A stretch of 64,000 bases of DNA from Chlorobiaceae bacterium (GTDB taxonomy: Bacteria; Bacteroidota; Chlorobiia; Chlorobiales; Chlorobiaceae). Shown piece after piece: positions 27,937 to 38,415 of the stretch. The translations under genes and the position numbers were made by a program. The stretch spans positions 45,974-109,973 of the forward strand of contig JAAXWQ010000004.1 in NCBI GenBank assembly GCA_013335115.1, in the 5' to 3' direction. The notes beneath the pieces were generated by a model. The model was not told the DNA's origin. It ran no database searches and worked only from the letters and a program-made list of their open reading frames with translations. Numbering within the stretch: the stretch's first letter is position 1; every line of letters begins with the position of its first letter.

Positions 27937-28539
27937 ATGCGACGACAGCACCATTCCCGAGCTGTAATCCGTTTCCTCAAACCGCTCTTCGTTTACGGCG
28001 TACTTTCCGCCTCCCTGCTTTTCACCGACAACTCCGCACTTGCTTCCGAACCATCTTCGGAAACCGGAGACCCCACGGCCGTAACCCTACAGTCGGACGC
28101 ACCGGCAAACAGGATCGGTACGCTCTTTTCGGACGTCAGGCAGTATTTCGGCATCCGCTATCGTTTCGGCGGGACGACTCCGGCAGGCTTCGACTGCTCG
28201 GGATTCGTGCAGTTCATGTTCAGCAAGGTGTTCAACATGCAGCTTCCCCGTTCTTCGAGGGAGATGTCGGCCATCGGCATCAGGGTGGCCCGCAACGAAC
28301 TCAGGCCCGGCGACCTTGTCTTCTTCCAGAACGGGAAGAACCGTATCAACCATGTCGGAATCTTCGTCGGCAACAACACCTTCATCCACTCTTCGCTTTC
28401 CAGGGGCATCACCCGCACCAACCTGAGCGAAAGTTACTACGACAAGCGCTTCGCCACCGGAGTCAGGGTCATTGATTTCGCGGACGGCAAAGCGGTGCAG
28501 ATATTCGAAAGCATGGGCGAGAACGGCAATCCCTCCTGA
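27937..28539 (+). CDS. NlpC/P60 (C40) family cell-wall peptidase
   Basis: ATG at 27937 gives a signal peptide (MRRQHHSRAVIRFLKPLFVYGVLSASLLF). The catalytic region is YRFGGTTPAGFDCSGFVQFMF...INHVGIFVGNNTFIHSS (Cys/His). Confidence 0.88.
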   Translation: MRRQHHSRAVIRFLKPLFVYGVLSASLLFTDNSALASEPSSETGDPTAVTLQSDAPANRIGTLFSDVRQYFGIRYRFGGTTPAGFDCSGFVQFMFSKVFNMQLPRSSREMSAIGIRVARNELRPGDLVFFQNGKNRINHVGIFVGNNTFIHSSLSRGITRTNLSESYYDKRFATGVRVIDFADGKAVQIFESMGENGNPS

Positions 28540-28583
28540 ACCCACCCGTACCGCCAGCGCTCCCCTCAAATAACAGGAAACGT

Positions 28584-28617
28584 AAAAAGCCGATCGAACA
28601 CTTCGATCGGCTTTTTT
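28584..28617. terminator. Rho-independent bidirectional terminator
   Basis: aaaaa-gccgatcgaa-cac-ttcgatcggc-tttttt lies between convergent stops at 28539 (+) and 28647 (-). Confidence 0.88.
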
Positions 28618-28646
28618 ACGTTTCCTGCCCTCACGATGCACTCTTT

Positions 28647-30002
28647 TCAGCGCCGTCCCAACGAATGGAAGGTCTCGCCGTCGATCTGGAACAGGTTGCC
28701 CTCCCCATCGCCCTTTGGCGTTTCGTCAGGTGGCGTCGGACCCTGGGGAGGGTCCGGGTAGAAGCGCCACTCCCTGTTGATGATCCTTGCCGCGTGTCCG
28801 AAGGTGAAGTACGACCAGCCCCATTGCAGAAGGACGAAGAAACGGTGCTTGAAGCCGCTCAGGAAATAGATGTGGACCAGGAGCCAGACGAGCCATGCTG
28901 AAAATCCCGATATCCGCAACCGGCCTTTTTCGACGATGGCCATGTTCTTGCCGATAGTCGCCATCTGCCCCTTGTCGAGGTAGGAGAATGGCTTCTGCGG
29001 CTTGCCGGCGATATCCAGCAGGATGTTCCGGCCGATTGCCTTTCCCTGCTGGAGCGCCACGGATGCGAGGCCTGGCAGGGCGTCACCTCCGGTCGACTCG
29101 AATCGAGCCTGGTCGCCGCCGCAGAAAATTTCGGGATGTCCCTTTACCGAAAGCGTCCCGGTGACCGCTATGCGATTGCTTGCATCGGTCTCGAAACCCA
29201 TCGTCCGGCCAATGCTGGTGGCCCGCACGCCGGCCGCCCAGAGCACCGTTCCGGCCTCAATGTGTTCCGGCCCGATCCTGACTCCGCTATCGTCTATCCC
29301 GGAGACCCGGCTCGATGTCCATATCTGCACGCCGAGGCGCTCGAGGGCGCGCGCGGCACGGCTCGAAAGTTCCGGTGAGAAGGTGTTGAGGATGCGCTTT
29401 CCCGAATGGACGATGAATATCCTGGTTTGACGGGGATCAATGTTCTTGTAATACTTCGACAGGTAGTAACGGCTCATCTCGCCGATCGACCCGGCCAGTT
29501 CGACCCCGGTCGGCCCGCCTCCAACGATGACGAACGAAAGGAGTTTCTTCTGTTCCACCGGATCCTGCGTCCGTTCAGCCCTCTCGTAAGCCTCCATGAC
29601 GCGGCGGCGAATCTCAGACGCCTGCCCGATGGTCTTCAGCCCCGGGGCATAGGTCTCCCACTCGTTATGGTCGAAGTAGTGGTGCTTGGCGCCACAGGCG
29701 AGTACCAGGTAATCGTAGGGGATCTCGCCGAAATCGGTCAGCACCTTCCGGTTGATGACATCGACGTTCTCGACAGCCCCCTTGTAGATGGTGATGTTGC
29801 GATACATTGACAGCATCTTGCGAAGGGGATAGGAGATCTCTCCCCCGTTCAGCGCCGCCATGGCGACCTGGTACAGCAATGGCTGGAACAAATGATAGTT
29901 GTTCCGGTCGATCAGGGTCACCCGGACCCCTTTCCTGTTGCCCAGCGACTTGGCTACATTGATTCCGGCGAAACCCCCGCCGACGATCACGACATGCTTC
30001 AT
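28647..30002 (-). CDS. ndh: Type II NADH dehydrogenase (NDH-2)
   Basis: ATG at 30002 gives MKHVVIVGGGFAGINVAKSL (FAD GxGxxG). Further motifs: NYHLFQPLLYQVA, and a second dinucleotide fold FVIVGGGPTGVELAG. Confidence 0.88.
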   Translation of the reverse strand: MKHVVIVGGGFAGINVAKSLGNRKGVRVTLIDRNNYHLFQPLLYQVAMAALNGGEISYPLRKMLSMYRNITIYKGAVENVDVINRKVLTDFGEIPYDYLVLACGAKHHYFDHNEWETYAPGLKTIGQASEIRRRVMEAYERAERTQDPVEQKKLLSFVIVGGGPTGVELAGSIGEMSRYYLSKYYKNIDPRQTRIFIVHSGKRILNTFSPELSSRAARALERLGVQIWTSSRVSGIDDSGVRIGPEHIEAGTVLWAAGVRATSIGRTMGFETDASNRIAVTGTLSVKGHPEIFCGGDQARFESTGGDALPGLASVALQQGKAIGRNILLDIAGKPQKPFSYLDKGQMATIGKNMAIVEKGRLRISGFSAWLVWLLVHIYFLSGFKHRFFVLLQWGWSYFTFGHAARIINREWRFYPDPPQGPTPPDETPKGDGEGNLFQIDGETFHSLGRR

Positions 30003-30256
30003 ATCAGGGGAGTCTGGCGTACGATGATGATTTGCTGCCTTGCGGCCCATAAGTATAAAAGGGATGACGTGCTCTGGCTTTTTGAACTATATACCGGTTT
30101 TTTGCCACAACTAATTCCGGAAACTGAGCCTGATACTTAATTTATTCAAAATGAGCGATTGAAAGAAACATGATTGATGTTGATTCCGGTTGCATATTTA
30201 ATCGATCGTGTGCATCATAACCAGTGGTTAAACCCTCAAAACCTCCAAGCAGTTCA

Positions 30257-30847
30257 ATGAAAGCCCTGTTCAAACTCCTTCTGTTGTTCATCGTCATCGC
30301 CGTTTCGCTCAGTGCGTCGCTGTACCTCGCCCTCGGGTTAATGGTCTCTTCCCATGCCTCCGATCCGCGAAAATGCGATGTGATCGTGGTGCTCGGTGGT
30401 GACGACGGATTACGGGTTCGCAAAGGTGGCGAGCTGTTCAAGGAAGGTTATGCCCGACAGATCCTCCTTACCGGCATCGACAGCAGGTATTACCGCCCGA
30501 GCCATCCGAACTGGCGCGAGAGGAAGCTCATGGCCCAGGGAATCCCGAGGGATGCCATCACCGTCGACACCTGGTCCGAGACCACCTGGGAAGAGGCTGA
30601 GAATGCCGCCGAGACGATGGACCGGAACGGTTGGAAAAGCGCTATCGTCGTCAGCGATCCCCCGCACATGCTCCGCCTCCACAAAAGCTGGTCGAAAGCC
30701 TTCGAAGGTTCGCGCAAACAGTTTATCCTCGTGCCGACAAACCCCGAATGGTGGACCGCGCTGCTCTGGTGGCAAAACAGGAAAAGCTACCAGTTCGTCA
30801 TCACCGAGGTGAAAAAGAACCTTTTCTATTCAGTGATGTACTACTGA
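30257..30847 (+). CDS. DUF218 / YdcF(ElyC, SanA)-family protein
   Basis: ATG at 30257 gives the TM anchor MKALFKLLLLFIVIAVSL. This is followed by CDVIVVLGGDDGLRVRKGGELFKEGYARQILLTG and VVSDPPHMLR. Confidence 0.8.
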   Translation: MKALFKLLLLFIVIAVSLSASLYLALGLMVSSHASDPRKCDVIVVLGGDDGLRVRKGGELFKEGYARQILLTGIDSRYYRPSHPNWRERKLMAQGIPRDAITVDTWSETTWEEAENAAETMDRNGWKSAIVVSDPPHMLRLHKSWSKAFEGSRKQFILVPTNPEWWTALLWWQNRKSYQFVITEVKKNLFYSVMYY

Positions 30848-30854
30848 TCGTCCG

Positions 30855-33800
30855 TTACCGCATTGCAACCCCTGGACCGGATATGGCGCTTCGGCCACCG
30901 GTCAGCTGCGTCACCTGGATTTGGGTGGAAATCCGTTCCTTGAGCGCCGGTACGTGGGAGATGACGCCGATGAGCTTGCCGGAGTGCTGAAGGCCGGCAA
31001 GTGTCTCCAGGGCGGTTTCCAGCGCCTCTTCGTCCAGCGTCCCGAACCCTTCGTCGAGGAACAGCGAGTCGACCCGGACGTTGCGGCTCGACATCTGCGA
31101 CAGGCCGAGGGCGAGCGAGAGGCTGACGATGAAGCTCTCGCCGCCGGAGAGGTTGCGCGTCGAGCGCACCTGCCCGGCCTGCCAGGTGTCGACGACGTTG
31201 AGTTCAAGCGGTATGGACTCGTCGCGCACCAGCTGGTATCGGTCGGTCATCGAGGCAAGTTGGCGGTTGGCGTGGCCTACCATGATCTCGAAGGTAAGCC
31301 CTTGGGCGAAATTACGGAACTTCTTCCCGTCAGCCGAACCGATGAGTTCGTGCAGGCTATCCCATCGACGGCACTCCGCGGACTGTGCCTCCATGGCTTC
31401 CGCCATCCTCCGGTGCTTCACGGCGATTCGCTCGTTGTCGGCAAGCTGCTGACGGATGGCACCTATCTTTTCCCTGGTTTGCTGAAGGTTTTCCTGAAGC
31501 GGGGGAATCAAGGAGGAGAGTTCATCAGGGGTACGGGGATCGACAATTCCCTCCAGCGTCTCCTGCAACCGGGCATTGCGGTCCAGGCGTCGAGCCTCCA
31601 GCTGCTGGCCCTTCCGGAGCAATTCGTCGGCGATCGCCTCGAGGTGCCGGCTCTCCTCTTCAGGAATGCTGGCTGCCGAAAATGCGGCCTCGTTTTCGAA
31701 CCCTTTGCGTCGTAGCCCTTCGAGGAATGTCGACGCCAGGGTGTCAGTCTCCCCTTTCCGTTTTTCGATGCTTGCCGTGAGGGCTCCCATGGCCGTTTCC
31801 AGGACGCCCGACGACTGCATGGACACAGTAAGGGCTTCGCGTGCTTCGTCGAGTTCCCTGCTTGCCAGGGTGATTGTGCTCGTCATGTTTGCGGCTTCAA
31901 CCACCGGGTCTTTGTCGCCGAACAGCTCCTTGCGCCTGTCGAGAAGCGACTGCAGCTCACCTTCGGCCTTCTCCAGGGTCTTGTGATCGCCCTGTAGCGC
32001 ATTCCCATCCGACACGATCCGCTTCCCGATGCCGGCAATGGCCGCCTCGTATTGCATGATCTCCGCATCGAAAGTTCGTTTTTTCGCTTCGTCGGCAATG
32101 TGGCGTTCCGATCTTGACTCCAGTTCTTCAACGATTGCCGGGCCGTCGTGATCCGGACCAAGCCGGATGCCGTAGGGAAGGATGCGTTGCTGCAACCCGG
32201 CCATCCTCGCGAGATACCCCTGCAAGGCCTGTGCATACACCGCTTTCAGGATATCCTGCTCGATCGTCTCCCCCTTTTCGACCATGGTGGCAAGGCCGGC
32301 GACGGTTCTGGTTGATGCCTCGAGTGCTTCAAGCACGGCTGGTTCGGCTTCGCGCGGCGCCTCTACGATAGCCGCATCACGAAGGAGGGTAAGGCATTTG
32401 CGGCCGTAGTCCTCCCTGTCCCTTTCGAGTTCGGACCTCCTGAGTTTCCGCTGCTCGATGCCGGCACCTGACTCCGCCATGGAAATTTCCAGGGCGCGGA
32501 CGCTCGCAGCATGCAGTTTCACGGCTTTGTCCGACTGCTCGAGGCGGTCCTTGCCGTCGGGATGCGCCGGTTCCCGTCCCGAAACGTACGGGTGGATCGT
32601 CGATCCGCACAGTGGGCAGGGTTCACCTGCAGCAAGGCGCCGGCGCTCATCCTCGTAGCTTTCCAGCCTCGTCGAGAGCCGCAGGTTCTCTTCGATCAGC
32701 GATACTTCGTTTTCAGCCCGGGCAAGGAGCTCCCTTGCATGGACGAGCTGCCCTTCAGTATCGACACGGGCGGCTTCGAGGTTGGCGATTTCAGCTGATA
32801 CCTGCTGGATCTTCGGAACGAACTCCCTGCCGATGGTGTACATCGTCGAGATCTCTTCGAGCAGCTTCTTTCGATCCCTGGCGCTTTGGAGTTCGATGCG
32901 CCACGTATGCAATCCCTTTCCTTCGAGCAGGATGGCGAGGTCGGCCTGGAGCGAAGAGACGAGACCGTCAGCCTCGTCGAGCGCTTCCTTGGCTTTTGCG
33001 GCGTCCAGTTCGAAAGACTCATTCGTTGCAATGCCGGCATCCTCAAGGTTGGCCGAATCGTCAAGAGCACAGCGGGATGAATCCCTACGCCTGGCGGCTG
33101 CCTGGAGTTCACCGAAGGCGAGGCGTATGCCCGAAAGCTCTGAAACAAGCCTCGCGTCGGCGCTGGCTTCGAGGAGCCGGGCTCCGATCAATGCCAGTTC
33201 CTGCTGTTTCTGTTCAAGGGACGCGGCCAGCCGATCACGTTCGGACTTAAGGGTTTCAAAGCCCAGGATTGACTCGTCGAGCGCCAGTTGCTTCGAGTCC
33301 CGCTCCTTGCGCTTGTCCGAAATGCCCTTGTCAAGCATCCTGACCTGCTCGTGGAGCGGGCGAGCGATAGCCTCGGATTCCGTTGACGTCCGGTGCTCCA
33401 CGATCGCCTTGTCGAGCCGCATCCGGTCGCGTTGCACGGTAGCTTCCACTTCCGGACGCTCCCTTTCCCGATCAGCCAGTTTTTCGGATTCTCGCTGCAG
33501 CTCCTGCCGCTGATGCAGCAGCGCGGCATATGGCTTTTCCAACGAGCCGGCAGTCCTGGACTTCTCGAGACGGGCCGCCTCCGGACCGAACGCCTTCTTC
33601 GCCCCGGCCAGCTTCTCCATATCCTGTTCGATGCCGGCCAGCTCTTCATGTAACCTGTCGACCTCTGCGTGACTCCGTATGGCAGCGGTTGCCGCTTCGA
33701 GTCGTCCTGCCGAATCCGACGCCTCCGTCAACAGCCTTTCGACGTCCGATCGAAGTGCGTCCAGTTTTTCTTCGTCGAGCAGCTTGAGGTTGCCGGTATC

Positions 33801-34415
33801 TGCCCTGAGGCGCTCGAGTTTCGTCAGCTCTTCGCGCTGACGCTCATGCACCTTGACCGAGATGCGGGAATAGACCTCCGTGCCGGTGATCTGTTCGAGC
33901 ACGGGGGATCGGCGGTCGGGATCGGCCTGGAGGAACGCGGCGAATCCGCCCTGTGCCAGCAGCATCGAGCGGGTGAAGCGTTCGAAGTCCATGCCGGTGA
34001 CCGCCTCGACGGCCGCGAGGGTGTCCTGGAGCTTCGTGTGGAGCACCTGCCCGGAAGCGGCATCGGAAATCTCGTGCTTCTGGGCCTGCAGCTCACCACC
34101 GGAGCGGCGGCGTGCGCGGTGCTGGCTCCAGTGGCAGCGGAAGCTCCCGTTGATGGTCGAAAAAGTCGCTTCGGCGAAACAGTCGCCAGCATGGCGCGAC
34201 ATGATTTCGTTCCCTCCCTTCGTGACCTTCCCAAGCCTCGGTGTCTGCCCGTACAGGGCCAGGCAAAGGGCGTCGAGGATGGTGCTCTTGCCGGAACCGG
34301 TAGGGCCCGTGATCGCGAAGATCCCGTCCGAAACGAACTCCGGTGAGCTGAAGTCGATCTCCCACTCCCCTTCGAGCGAGTTGAGGTTGGCGAAGCGCAG
34401 GCCGAGGATTTTCAC
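30855..34415 (-). CDS. sbcC: SbcC (Rad50-like) exonuclease ATPase subunit
   Basis: 1186 aa. The Walker A context is FAITGPTGSGKSTILDALCLALYGQTPRL. It has a long coiled coil with a central CPLCGS zinc hook, then the C-terminal signature LSGGESFIVSLSLALGL and Walker B LFLDEGFGTLD. Confidence 0.93.
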   Translation of the reverse strand: MKILGLRFANLNSLEGEWEIDFSSPEFVSDGIFAITGPTGSGKSTILDALCLALYGQTPRLGKVTKGGNEIMSRHAGDCFAEATFSTINGSFRCHWSQHRARRRSGGELQAQKHEISDAASGQVLHTKLQDTLAAVEAVTGMDFERFTRSMLLAQGGFAAFLQADPDRRSPVLEQITGTEVYSRISVKVHERQREELTKLERLRADTGNLKLLDEEKLDALRSDVERLLTEASDSAGRLEAATAAIRSHAEVDRLHEELAGIEQDMEKLAGAKKAFGPEAARLEKSRTAGSLEKPYAALLHQRQELQRESEKLADRERERPEVEATVQRDRMRLDKAIVEHRTSTESEAIARPLHEQVRMLDKGISDKRKERDSKQLALDESILGFETLKSERDRLAASLEQKQQELALIGARLLEASADARLVSELSGIRLAFGELQAAARRRDSSRCALDDSANLEDAGIATNESFELDAAKAKEALDEADGLVSSLQADLAILLEGKGLHTWRIELQSARDRKKLLEEISTMYTIGREFVPKIQQVSAEIANLEAARVDTEGQLVHARELLARAENEVSLIEENLRLSTRLESYEDERRRLAAGEPCPLCGSTIHPYVSGREPAHPDGKDRLEQSDKAVKLHAASVRALEISMAESGAGIEQRKLRRSELERDREDYGRKCLTLLRDAAIVEAPREAEPAVLEALEASTRTVAGLATMVEKGETIEQDILKAVYAQALQGYLARMAGLQQRILPYGIRLGPDHDGPAIVEELESRSERHIADEAKKRTFDAEIMQYEAAIAGIGKRIVSDGNALQGDHKTLEKAEGELQSLLDRRKELFGDKDPVVEAANMTSTITLASRELDEAREALTVSMQSSGVLETAMGALTASIEKRKGETDTLASTFLEGLRRKGFENEAAFSAASIPEEESRHLEAIADELLRKGQQLEARRLDRNARLQETLEGIVDPRTPDELSSLIPPLQENLQQTREKIGAIRQQLADNERIAVKHRRMAEAMEAQSAECRRWDSLHELIGSADGKKFRNFAQGLTFEIMVGHANRQLASMTDRYQLVRDESIPLELNVVDTWQAGQVRSTRNLSGGESFIVSLSLALGLSQMSSRNVRVDSLFLDEGFGTLDEEALETALETLAGLQHSGKLIGVISHVPALKERISTQIQVTQLTGGRSAISGPGVAMR

Positions 34416-35656
34416 GGTGCCCCTCCTTCTCCGGCATGGGCGTCATCCTCGTCCATGGAACGGAGCACTTCCCGGTAACAGTCGAGCAGGGTCGGCCGGA
34501 GCGGCGCATCGACCCCGTGCGCCTCCAAGCAACGACAGAATACCGCTTCGCGGTCGAGCTCCTCAAGCGCCTCCACTTCCCCGGCCGGTTCGAGGATCAC
34601 ACCGGGCCGCCGGCAGCTGCGGACCCGGAGGATTTCGAGCATGCTGCCGGAAACGGCCTGTTTCAGAGACTCCTGTACGGCTGACGCCGGTTCGTCTCCG
34701 CGATAGTCGACCTCGAGCCATGCCGTGCTGCCGGCGGCCCGCAGTTCGAGGATCCTGGCGGAAAGTTCGCCCAGTGTGCCCGCAAGCCGTTCGAGATGCC
34801 GGAAGCAGGGGACGGGAAGGGCGGTGACGGTGGGCTTGCGCCCTTCGAATTCGACCAGCAGCACCAGTTTCTGCTGCGTGGCCTCTCCGAAACCCATAGG
34901 GATCGGCGAGCCGCTGTAGCGAAGGTGATCGGCACCGCCTACCTGCTGGGCGATGTGCAGGTGGCCGAGCGCGAGGTAGTCGATGCTGTCGGGAAATGCC
35001 GACGGGCCGACACGGGCCAGTGAGCCGACATAGATCTCCCGCACCCCGTCGCCGTCGACGACGGCCCCGCCGGCCGTGAAGAGGTGCCCGGTGGCGATGA
35101 GCGGGATATCCGGGGAGATCGCGTTTCGCTGTGCGTCGGCCAGGGCGCATACCCCGGCGTAATGGCGCTCGACACCTTCGATGAGCTTGCGGTTCTTGTC
35201 CCCGGCGCTCTCCCCGGGCTCGACCAAGCGTATATCCCGGTCACGAAGGTACGGGACCGCACAGACGACCGCCTCGGGTGAGCCAGACTGGTCTCGAAGC
35301 ACCAGTACCTCATCCCCGGGTTCGCCGGTCACGGCGCCGAGCACATGGACGTTGAGCGCGCGGAGCAGGGTTTTCGGGGCGTCGAGGAAGGAGGGGGAAT
35401 CGTGGTTGCCTCCCGTGACGATGACATGACGACACGAAGCGTGCGATATGTTGTGCAGGAAGTCGTAATACAGCTCCTGCACCCGGTTGGAGGGTGTCGT
35501 GGTATCGAAGACATCGCCCGAAACGACCAGCAGTTCCACCCCTTCGGAGTCCACGATGCCGGCGAGCCATGCGAGGAAGCCCTCGAACTCCGCTTGGCGG
35601 CTGTGTCCGCAGAGCAGACGGCCAAGGTGCCAGTCAGAGGTGTGGAGAAGCTTCAC
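34412..35656 (-). CDS. sbcD: SbcD (Mre11-like) nuclease subunit
   Basis: A GTG at 35656 gives (M)KLLHTSDWHLGR, the canonical SbcD N-terminus. Further motifs: VSGDVFD, GNHD, GHLH. The track ORF extends to 35740. There is a 4-nt overlap with sbcC. Confidence 0.9.
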   Translation of the reverse strand: MKLLHTSDWHLGRLLCGHSRQAEFEGFLAWLAGIVDSEGVELLVVSGDVFDTTTPSNRVQELYYDFLHNISHASCRHVIVTGGNHDSPSFLDAPKTLLRALNVHVLGAVTGEPGDEVLVLRDQSGSPEAVVCAVPYLRDRDIRLVEPGESAGDKNRKLIEGVERHYAGVCALADAQRNAISPDIPLIATGHLFTAGGAVVDGDGVREIYVGSLARVGPSAFPDSIDYLALGHLHIAQQVGGADHLRYSGSPIPMGFGEATQQKLVLLVEFEGRKPTVTALPVPCFRHLERLAGTLGELSARILELRAAGSTAWLEVDYRGDEPASAVQESLKQAVSGSMLEILRVRSCRRPGVILEPAGEVEALEELDREAVFCRCLEAHGVDAPLRPTLLDCYREVLRSMDEDDAHAGEGGAP

Positions 35657-35743
35657 GGTTCCGGTGTTTAGGGGGAGTGTATCTGATTGGATAATATAGG
35701 CATTATGGATGAAAAGGACAGCCATGCACTCTCCATGCATGCG

Positions 35744-36952
35744 TCACATGTCACGTGTCACGCTCCCCTCCTCCCCCGTCATTTCATTTGGCAACTGGCG
35801 TGAAACCTTGGCGCCGAGCTTTCGAATCTCCTCCGCCCGGCCGGCGAGGTTGCCGCGGCCTTCGGTGAGGCGCTTCATGGCGAGGTCGAAGGCGTCCGAC
35901 ACACCGGAAAGCTTGCGCCGGGCGTCGATCATGGCCTCGGCCACCAGGGCGACCTGGTCGTAGATCTTCCCCGCCCTGTCGGCGATCAGCTCGGCATTGC
36001 GGTTCTCGTTCTCCCGGCGCCAGATCTGGGCGATGAGGCGTAGCGTGATCATGAGCGTCGCCGGCCCGGTCACGACGACATTCCTGCCGGCCAACCGGTA
36101 GAAGAGCTCGGGATCAGCCTGCATGGCCGCCTGGAAGGCCGGTTCGAGCGGAATGCACATGATGACGAAATCGAGTGTGCGGTTGCCTTTCAGCGCAGCG
36201 TAGTCCTTCGACTCAAGTTCGACCACGTGCCGCGACACCGACCGCACATGCTCCTGCAGGGCCTCGGCCTTGCGGCCCGGATCATCCTCTGAACAGGATC
36301 GCTCATAGGCCGTCAGCGACACCTTGGCATCCACGACGACCGTCTTTTCCCCGGGCAGGTGCACCATGAAATCCGGCCGGACGATCCTGCCGTCATCGGT
36401 CCGCGAGCTCTCCTGGACGCTGTATTCACGACCTTTTTCCAGTCCGGACGCCTCGAACATGCGCTCGACGATCAGCTCTCCCCAGTCCCCCTGTGCCTTG
36501 CTCTCCCCCTTGATGGCCCTGGCGAGGTTGTTGGCTTCGTTGCTCACCCGGCTGTTCAGCTCCTGGAGCTGTCGCACCTGTTCCAGCAGCCGGGCCGAGC
36601 GCTCGGTGTCGTTCCTGTGCACGTCGTCCACCCGCTGCCGGAACGAGTCGAGCTGGCGGCGAAAAGGCTCGAGAAGGCCGTCGAGGCGCTCCCGGTGCTG
36701 TTCGGAAAGCGCAGCCCCGCGCTCCTCGACGATCCGGTTGGCGAGGCTCTCGAAGGCGGCCTGCAGGCGAGTTTCGGCCATACGTGCATTCTCCGCGGTC
36801 GCCTTCGAGGACGCACGTTCGTGTTCGAGGTCGGCCTGGAGTCGCGCGTTGTCGAGCGCGAGCTGCCGGGACTCGTCCAGGGCGCGATAGAGCAGGAGCC
36901 CGAGCACGGCGGCAATACAGGCCAACAGGAGCAGGGCGAGGGATTCGGGCAT
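35744..36952 (-). CDS. rmuC: DNA recombination protein RmuC
   Basis: ATG at 36952 gives the TM anchor MPESLALLLLACIAAVLGLLLY. A coiled coil and the RmuC nuclease-like C-terminus follow (VVVDAKVSL...FVIMCIPLEPAF...LIAQIWRRE). The track ORF extension to 37207 overlaps the upstream polymerase gene. Confidence 0.88.
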   Translation of the reverse strand: MPESLALLLLACIAAVLGLLLYRALDESRQLALDNARLQADLEHERASSKATAENARMAETRLQAAFESLANRIVEERGAALSEQHRERLDGLLEPFRRQLDSFRQRVDDVHRNDTERSARLLEQVRQLQELNSRVSNEANNLARAIKGESKAQGDWGELIVERMFEASGLEKGREYSVQESSRTDDGRIVRPDFMVHLPGEKTVVVDAKVSLTAYERSCSEDDPGRKAEALQEHVRSVSRHVVELESKDYAALKGNRTLDFVIMCIPLEPAFQAAMQADPELFYRLAGRNVVVTGPATLMITLRLIAQIWRRENENRNAELIADRAGKIYDQVALVAEAMIDARRKLSGVSDAFDLAMKRLTEGRGNLAGRAEEIRKLGAKVSRQLPNEMTGEEGSVTRDM

Positions 36953-37035
36953 GTCGGCAGCGGTTAGGTTTCTTTCCTGAAGGTAAAGTGCAGGATGTTC
37001 ACGCACAAGGCATCGGGCGGGAATCGGGGGGAGGG

Positions 37036-38307
37036 TCAGGGCCGTATCGGGATGATGTCGTCCCAGTCGGTGGTATAGTGGGGCGACAGGTGTTCCTGCT
37101 GCTGTTTCCAGGATTCCGCGGTATCGGATGCGACCCTGAGGGTGCCCTGCCCGTAACGGGAGTTGACGGCGTCCAGCGCCGCCATAAGCCGAGTCGAGGG
37201 CTCGCAAGGCGCATTTTCCTCCACGAAGAGCGTCAAGGGCGGCGGAGCTTCGACATGCGAGGAGATCCCCGAGAGGATCACCCCTGCTTTTTTATACCGG
37301 AATCCCGGTCGGAAGATCTCCTCCAGTACCGTTTCGGCAGCTTTGACCACGGCCAGCGTATCCTGTGTCGGCAATGGCAAAGACACGGTGCGCGTTGCCC
37401 AGTAGCGCGTTGCCGGCTCCTCGAACGGGCTGGTGCAGGCGAACACCGTGAGGAGGCTGGCCACGCCCTTTTCGCCCCGAAGCTTCAGGGCGCATTTCGT
37501 GGCAAAGTGCGCGACGGCCTGACCGAGCTCTTCGCGGTCGGTGACGGCCGAACCGAAGGACCGTGAGGTGCAGATGCTCTGCTTTCGCGACCTGACCAGT
37601 TCAAGTGGCAGGCATGAGCGCCCGTTCAGTTCGGCCTGCACGCGTGCACCAGTGATGTGCAGATGCCTGCGCACCCATCCCTCCGGGGCGTCGGCGAGGT
37701 CGAGCGCCGTCCTGATACCGTTCCGGTCCAGGAACTCCTTATGGCGCCTGCCGATGCCCCAGACCTCCCCCACCGCCATCGTCGCCATCGCTTCACGTGC
37801 CGCCGCCTCATCCTCGAGTAGGCAGACCCCGTCGAATTCCGGTTTTTTCTTGGCGATGCGGTTGGCAAGCTTCGCGAGCGTCTTGCTCGGGCCTATGCCG
37901 ACGCTGACCGGAATGCCGGTGCTGCGACGCACAGCCTGTCGAACCGCCCGGCAATGCCCCACCAGTCCGATCAGCCGGAATCCCGAAAGGTCAAGGAACG
38001 CCTCGTCGATGGAATAGGCCTCGATGCCTGGTGCCAGTTCGGCAAGGATGTTCATGACACGGGAGGACATGTCCCCGTAGAGTGGGAAGTTTGCCGAGTA
38101 GACGGCTACGCGGTGCTTCCTGAGGATATCCCGGAACCTGAATGCCGGGCCTCCCATCGGCAAGCCGAGGGCCTTGGCTTCGTTCGACCGTGCGATGAAG
38201 CAGCCGTCGTTGTTCGACAGCACGACCACGGGCCTTCCGTTCAGCGAAGGATCGAACACCCGCTCGCACGATACATAGAAATTGTTGCAGTCGACCAGCG
38301 CAAACAT
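37036..38307 (-). CDS. umuC: Y-family translesion DNA polymerase, UmuC-type
   Basis: ATG at 38307 gives [52 protein letters not shown]. This is nearly colinear with my recollection of the E. coli UmuC N-terminus ([52 protein letters not shown]). No umuD-like ORF is upstream. Confidence 0.85.
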   Translation of the reverse strand: MFALVDCNNFYVSCERVFDPSLNGRPVVVLSNNDGCFIARSNEAKALGLPMGGPAFRFRDILRKHRVAVYSANFPLYGDMSSRVMNILAELAPGIEAYSIDEAFLDLSGFRLIGLVGHCRAVRQAVRRSTGIPVSVGIGPSKTLAKLANRIAKKKPEFDGVCLLEDEAAAREAMATMAVGEVWGIGRRHKEFLDRNGIRTALDLADAPEGWVRRHLHITGARVQAELNGRSCLPLELVRSRKQSICTSRSFGSAVTDREELGQAVAHFATKCALKLRGEKGVASLLTVFACTSPFEEPATRYWATRTVSLPLPTQDTLAVVKAAETVLEEIFRPGFRYKKAGVILSGISSHVEAPPPLTLFVEENAPCEPSTRLMAALDAVNSRYGQGTLRVASDTAESWKQQQEHLSPHYTTDWDDIIPIRP

Positions 38308-38415
38308 CTGCTGTTCCCCGGGAAAGCCTGCCTCGAAAGGCAGGTGGATGGTTTCGGATACTCGGGCGTCTCGCCCCGTGCCAGGCACATCGGCAATACC
38401 GGGCCATGTTCCTTC

